DNA of 64,000 nt from Dicyema japonicum (Eukaryota > Animalia > Dicyemida): contig RDEW01000020.1 of the NCBI GenBank assembly GCA_011109175.1, positions 800,514 to 864,513 on the forward strand. Reading direction: 5' to 3'. How positions within the stretch are numbered: position 1 is the first letter of the stretch; the number at the start of each line of letters is the position of its first letter. Under the pieces are notes generated by a model. It was not told the DNA's origin and searched no databases. It saw nothing but the letters and a program-made list of their open reading frames with translations. Shown in pieces: positions 60,160 through 64,000 of this stretch. The translations under genes and the position numbers were made by a program.

Positions 60160-62240
60160 TTTAAAACAAAACACAAAAATTAATCAAAAGTGGTCCCCGC
60201 AGACATAATCGACGTTGAGTTGCCTCTAAAGAGATCAACTGGAGAAACCATCGAGTCTCACGTCCGTCGTGGCTTTTTAGTGTAGCTAGGCGTCCAAGTT
60301 TTTTTAGGAAGCGAAGCGATTTCCCGCTTATTCCTCCAGTTGTCTTAACAACAATGGGGTAGAACGTGAATCCGTCGCCTGGCGCTTCGGATTTTTTCTT
60401 CTTTGCCCTCATTGTTTTTTCCGTGGCATAAAATGTGTCCACCACGCTCCCGACAATGTTGGATGGACAAAAAAGGTAGACGCACGTTTCATCCCATACA
60501 AAAGTTTCTCCTCTAATAGAAAAATTGTGATTCCGTCAGGCCGTTTTCCGTTTCCTCTGTCCAAGCTAACAGGTTCAAGTATGGAGGGGTATCCAATAGA
60601 CTCTAGGGCTCGCTTAACAATTCCGTTGATCGCCTTATGTCTTGGGAATCGTCCTGCACTTTTTCGACAAGAAAAGGCATGATTTCCATACAGTCGACGG
60701 TACCACCACACCGGCACTTGTGAGTCTGGCAAATCTTCAGTCCAAGTCTGATGGAGATACCAATACGGACAATATCGTAATCAAGGTGGGTCCCGATGCT
60801 ACCAACGAGAAGGGCATTGATTCAAGTGCCACTCCATTCGCATACTAGACAGGCACGTCAGTGTTGGTTTGATTGGTTCAGAAGCCTCTCATAGCAGTCT
60901 GCTGGAGCACAAGGAGGACAGATGCGCGAGCGCGCCAAATCCTTTAAATGGATTCTCAGTCCACCCAAGCTAACGGGTAAGGTCGCTTGGTCCCACCTTC
61001 GGTCTTCAAATTTAACATTTGTAATACGTTCAATAGTGGTCCGGAAGAAAAGACCGATAGTATCGAGCTGTTGCATTTTCAGCTAACAGGGTGTCCCTCA
61101 AAGAACGTAGTTTAATTTTTGTGCTGATAAAACGTTATTTACCAGGAATAGAGAGGTATGTGCCAGCATCTCCAGACGTTTAAATGATGTTTTTAGTTGT
61201 TCTTTTGTTCTGGGAGTGTTACTGATTCCAACATCTTTAAAAGACATTCAAGTATTTCCGTTGTTCGGCTTTGGTTTCTATAACTTTTGGAATGATCTTT
61301 CTGAACATCGCAAAGATCGAGTCCTATTCGGGCTGCGAAAATCCAAAATTGGTAACCTGACATTTCGAAGTGTTCAGAGTTAGGCATAGGGATTCCATTT
61401 GAACTATCAGACTTTTTAAACAATCTAGCACATCCCTCGGATGACCGCCCATGGTGCAATCATCCAAATATCATACTTTCAGAAGAGTAAAAAAATATCC
61501 AGTGATACTGGTAATTCCCAGGCTGAACAAGGCAGGGCTCAGTGGGTCTCCTTGTTGGACTTCAGAGGAAGATGGAATGAAACATTGACCGTGTACTAGG
61601 CTGAAAGGTTTTCCACATGAACTATGATCATAGCCGTACACTGATGGATAGTATGTGAAGCAATCCTCCAGAATTGTATCACGCTGTCGTGTTGAAGGCG
61701 TTTTTGATGTCAATTTTGATGAGGGATATTTTTGTTCCTTTTAGTAAATGTACGAACAACATGAACTACCGCTTTACAGTTCTCGAATGTGCCAACCCCT
61801 ATTTCGGTTGGTTGTAGTCTGTGTTACCAGCTTAGGCAGGATTGCTCTGCATACAAGCTTCGAGGCCAACCGATGAAAACCAAGCCAACAGCAATAGGGC
61901 GCATTCCCCTTCCCCTCTTATCGAATGCGATTAATTTTGTAGAGAATATTACATGTAGACTTGTTTCTGGTAGTGACCCTGAAAGCATCCTGTTCATTAA
62001 TTTGGTAATGGCCAACACAAGCCGGACGCCAGAGTTGCTTGTGTTCTGAGGAATGAGGTCTTTGAGGTGCCCCGGAAAGAACCCATCAAGTCCCCCACTG
62101 CTGTTCGGGACGAAAGAGAGAATCCCATTTTTTACGTCATTATTAGAAACAAGTAGATTGAGTAATTGTCTTGGGGATCTGATGGTCATTCGGGGGACTT
62201 GGGTGTCTCTCAACAAATGCTGCGTATTGGACAAATATTA
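60160..62240 (-). mobile_element. CRE-like element (RT and RLE), degraded
   Basis: [62 protein letters not shown]...[19 protein letters not shown]. Confidence 0.9.
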
Positions 62241-62259
62241 GGAAAATCGAGGAAATACA

Positions 62260-62740
62260 AAAAAAGGCTTACAGAGTAACGGAGGGTTGGATTTGTGAAA
62301 ATCACCGAACCGGATCGACGCTTCTGGATGCCCTTATGAGACAAGACTACAGATCACAAGAATGTGGCCCTGAAAAATCAGTCAGCCGTTTTGTACGTTT
62401 ATGAGCGGGCACGAGGAAGAACACCAGGCAGAGATGAGGTTTAGAGGGAACTGAGAACGTATGCTTGGGGTTCCTCCCATATCCACTACCAGGAAAACTA
62501 ATAAATAGTTGCTTACCTAAGGAGAGATGTGGGTCTGTTAGTTAAAATTGAACACAGTCACCACGTGGGTCTCAACACCTACCTGTACAAGACCAGGTAG
62601 GAAAAGTCCCCATTCTGCCCTTCATGCAACCTTGATGACAACGTGCATAGTACCTCTTCTTGTGTCCTGGCCTTCTGTGTTATCCCCTCACGGGATCAAC
62701 CTTTTGGATCTCTGGGAACGTCCGTTATTGGGAATTACCG
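62260..62740. mobile_element. LINE family A 3' piece (+, 62260-62460) and RTE subfamily B 3' piece (-, 62480-62740)
   Basis: Aligns with 42810-43000 and 36230-36530 respectively. Confidence 0.7.
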
Positions 62741-62759
62741 GGAGTACTTGATTTTATCT

Positions 62760-63560
62760 ATTTTTTAATTTATTTAACCACAAGAATAAAAAGAGAATAA
62801 GTGTTGCCACCGATTCAATTAAGTGATCCTGTTATCTTTTAGGACTTAGGCAATGAACTTTCTCTGTTCTTTCAAGGTTACAACTGCTTCCTTGGGTTAG
62901 GAAGATTATAAGAGTTGTCGATTTCACAGGCGGAAATGGAGAGGTAAGAAGTCAGCAATTCAGCGAATCTTCCAGCCTTGAGGACATGTACGATAATTGA
63001 ATTCTTCCACTTATTCGAATAGTATTTGTACTGATTGGCATGTTAAAAATGGCGGTATGACATCAATCGAAGTGTTAACGTATTTATGAGACGTGAGAAT
63101 GCTTGAAGCTTTTGAGAATAAACAGTCTTGGGCTGTAATTAACGAGTTTATGTATTAGCAGCCTGGTGGTTCAAAGTCACAAATTTTTAAGGGAATAAAT
63201 GGTACGATTCTTTCTTTGGTCGGCGGATTGTGTAATGCAATTAGAGATATTAACAGATAATAAGGTTAAGGTCATAACAGATCCCACTCATGAGGCGACG
63301 AATCCTTCTGGTACGACACAGTAGTTTAAAGGGATCTTCCTATTTTCTTGATCAAATCCAATGGTTAAGATTACCATTATGAAAACTTTTCTGCAGACGA
63401 ATGAAATGATGTCCGCGACGATAGGATGTGTGATATAAATGGGAGAAAGCGAACCTACTTCTCCACCTCTCTTCTGGAGTGGAAGCCTATAATGGAGTAT
63501 AGATTTGATCGGTACAAGCAGACGTTCTCCATTGCGTTGCCTGTTTGGATTAATTAGTTG
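62760..63560 (-). mobile_element. APE endonuclease remnant
   Basis: RLPLQKRGGEVG resembles the R..RGGGV motif. Degraded. Confidence 0.35.
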
Positions 63561-63616
63561 TGACTACATATGCTGGGTTTATAAAAGATTGTAAGTCTGG
63601 GGTTAATAAATAAAGT

Positions 63617-63810
63617 GCCGGGTGAAGGTTCTAGGCATCTATGATGCTTTGAGCTTGACGAGTTACGTCGTCATCAGTGAATGGTTGACTACGAAACCGG
63701 ATCGTATGAATACGACTCACACGCAAGCAATAAAGAAGTTAAAGAACATTTATTGATTCCCCCTCCCTTTCAACAAATAGTTAATATAACTGCTTAAAAA
63801 TAACTAAAAT
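63617..63810 (+). mobile_element. SINE family 1 copy with most of the tRNA-like head deleted
   Basis: GCCGGGTG joined to AAGGTTC...gcatctatgatgc...gtcatcagtgaa...gaagttaaagaacatt. Confidence 0.65.
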
Positions 63811-64000
63811 AAAATTATTAAACCAAAAGTAATGCAATTAACGAAATCTAATATAAAATATCAATGTGGATAAGGAGGATTACTTCTACTTCCTGCTATA
63901 TTTAGTTATAAGATAACCATATGACTGATTATGCAAAGTCTCCAAAAGCTGATTAGCCTCAAGTGACCGAGAATAACAGTAATCCATAACGTTAGAGTCC

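Noticed and set aside
1-64000. Prokaryotic systems (CRISPR array, operons, bacterial IS) or a reassigned genetic code
   Set aside because: The 79-bp array has no spacers; the IS1016-like transposases are eukaryotic Merlin elements; all four host genes and the RTE RT translate in the standard code once introns are removed.

Overview
AT-rich eukaryotic (animal-like) genomic DNA, not prokaryotic. Most of the window is decayed, nested transposable-element debris: CRE-like and R4/Dong-like RLE retrotransposons, RTE and I/Jockey-group LINEs, two SINE families, and Merlin and hAT DNA transposons. Embedded in it are four compact host genes that the ORF track fragments because they are cut by tiny spliceosomal introns: RPL38 (33691-33988 +), an EH-domain protein (37829-38617 +), TMEM63/OSCA (46170-49093 -) and RAD54 (56833-59182 +). 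There is also an initiator tRNA-Met and a degenerate tRNA-Pro. Manual splicing gives 42 introns, all 21-28 nt, and four full reading frames (74, 239, about 719 and 657 aa). That intron size recalls dicyemid mesozoans, but the taxon is an inference. The most interesting signals are a minimal splicing system with an apparent lower length limit, a probable GT-TG intron and a GC-AG intron, RLE fragments resembling a family I recall from microsporidia, a host intron copied to a LINE junction, and telomere-repeat junctions in a SINE tandem array. Several short tandem duplications, some at single n bases, are probably assembly artefacts. Boundaries of degraded TE fragments are approximate.
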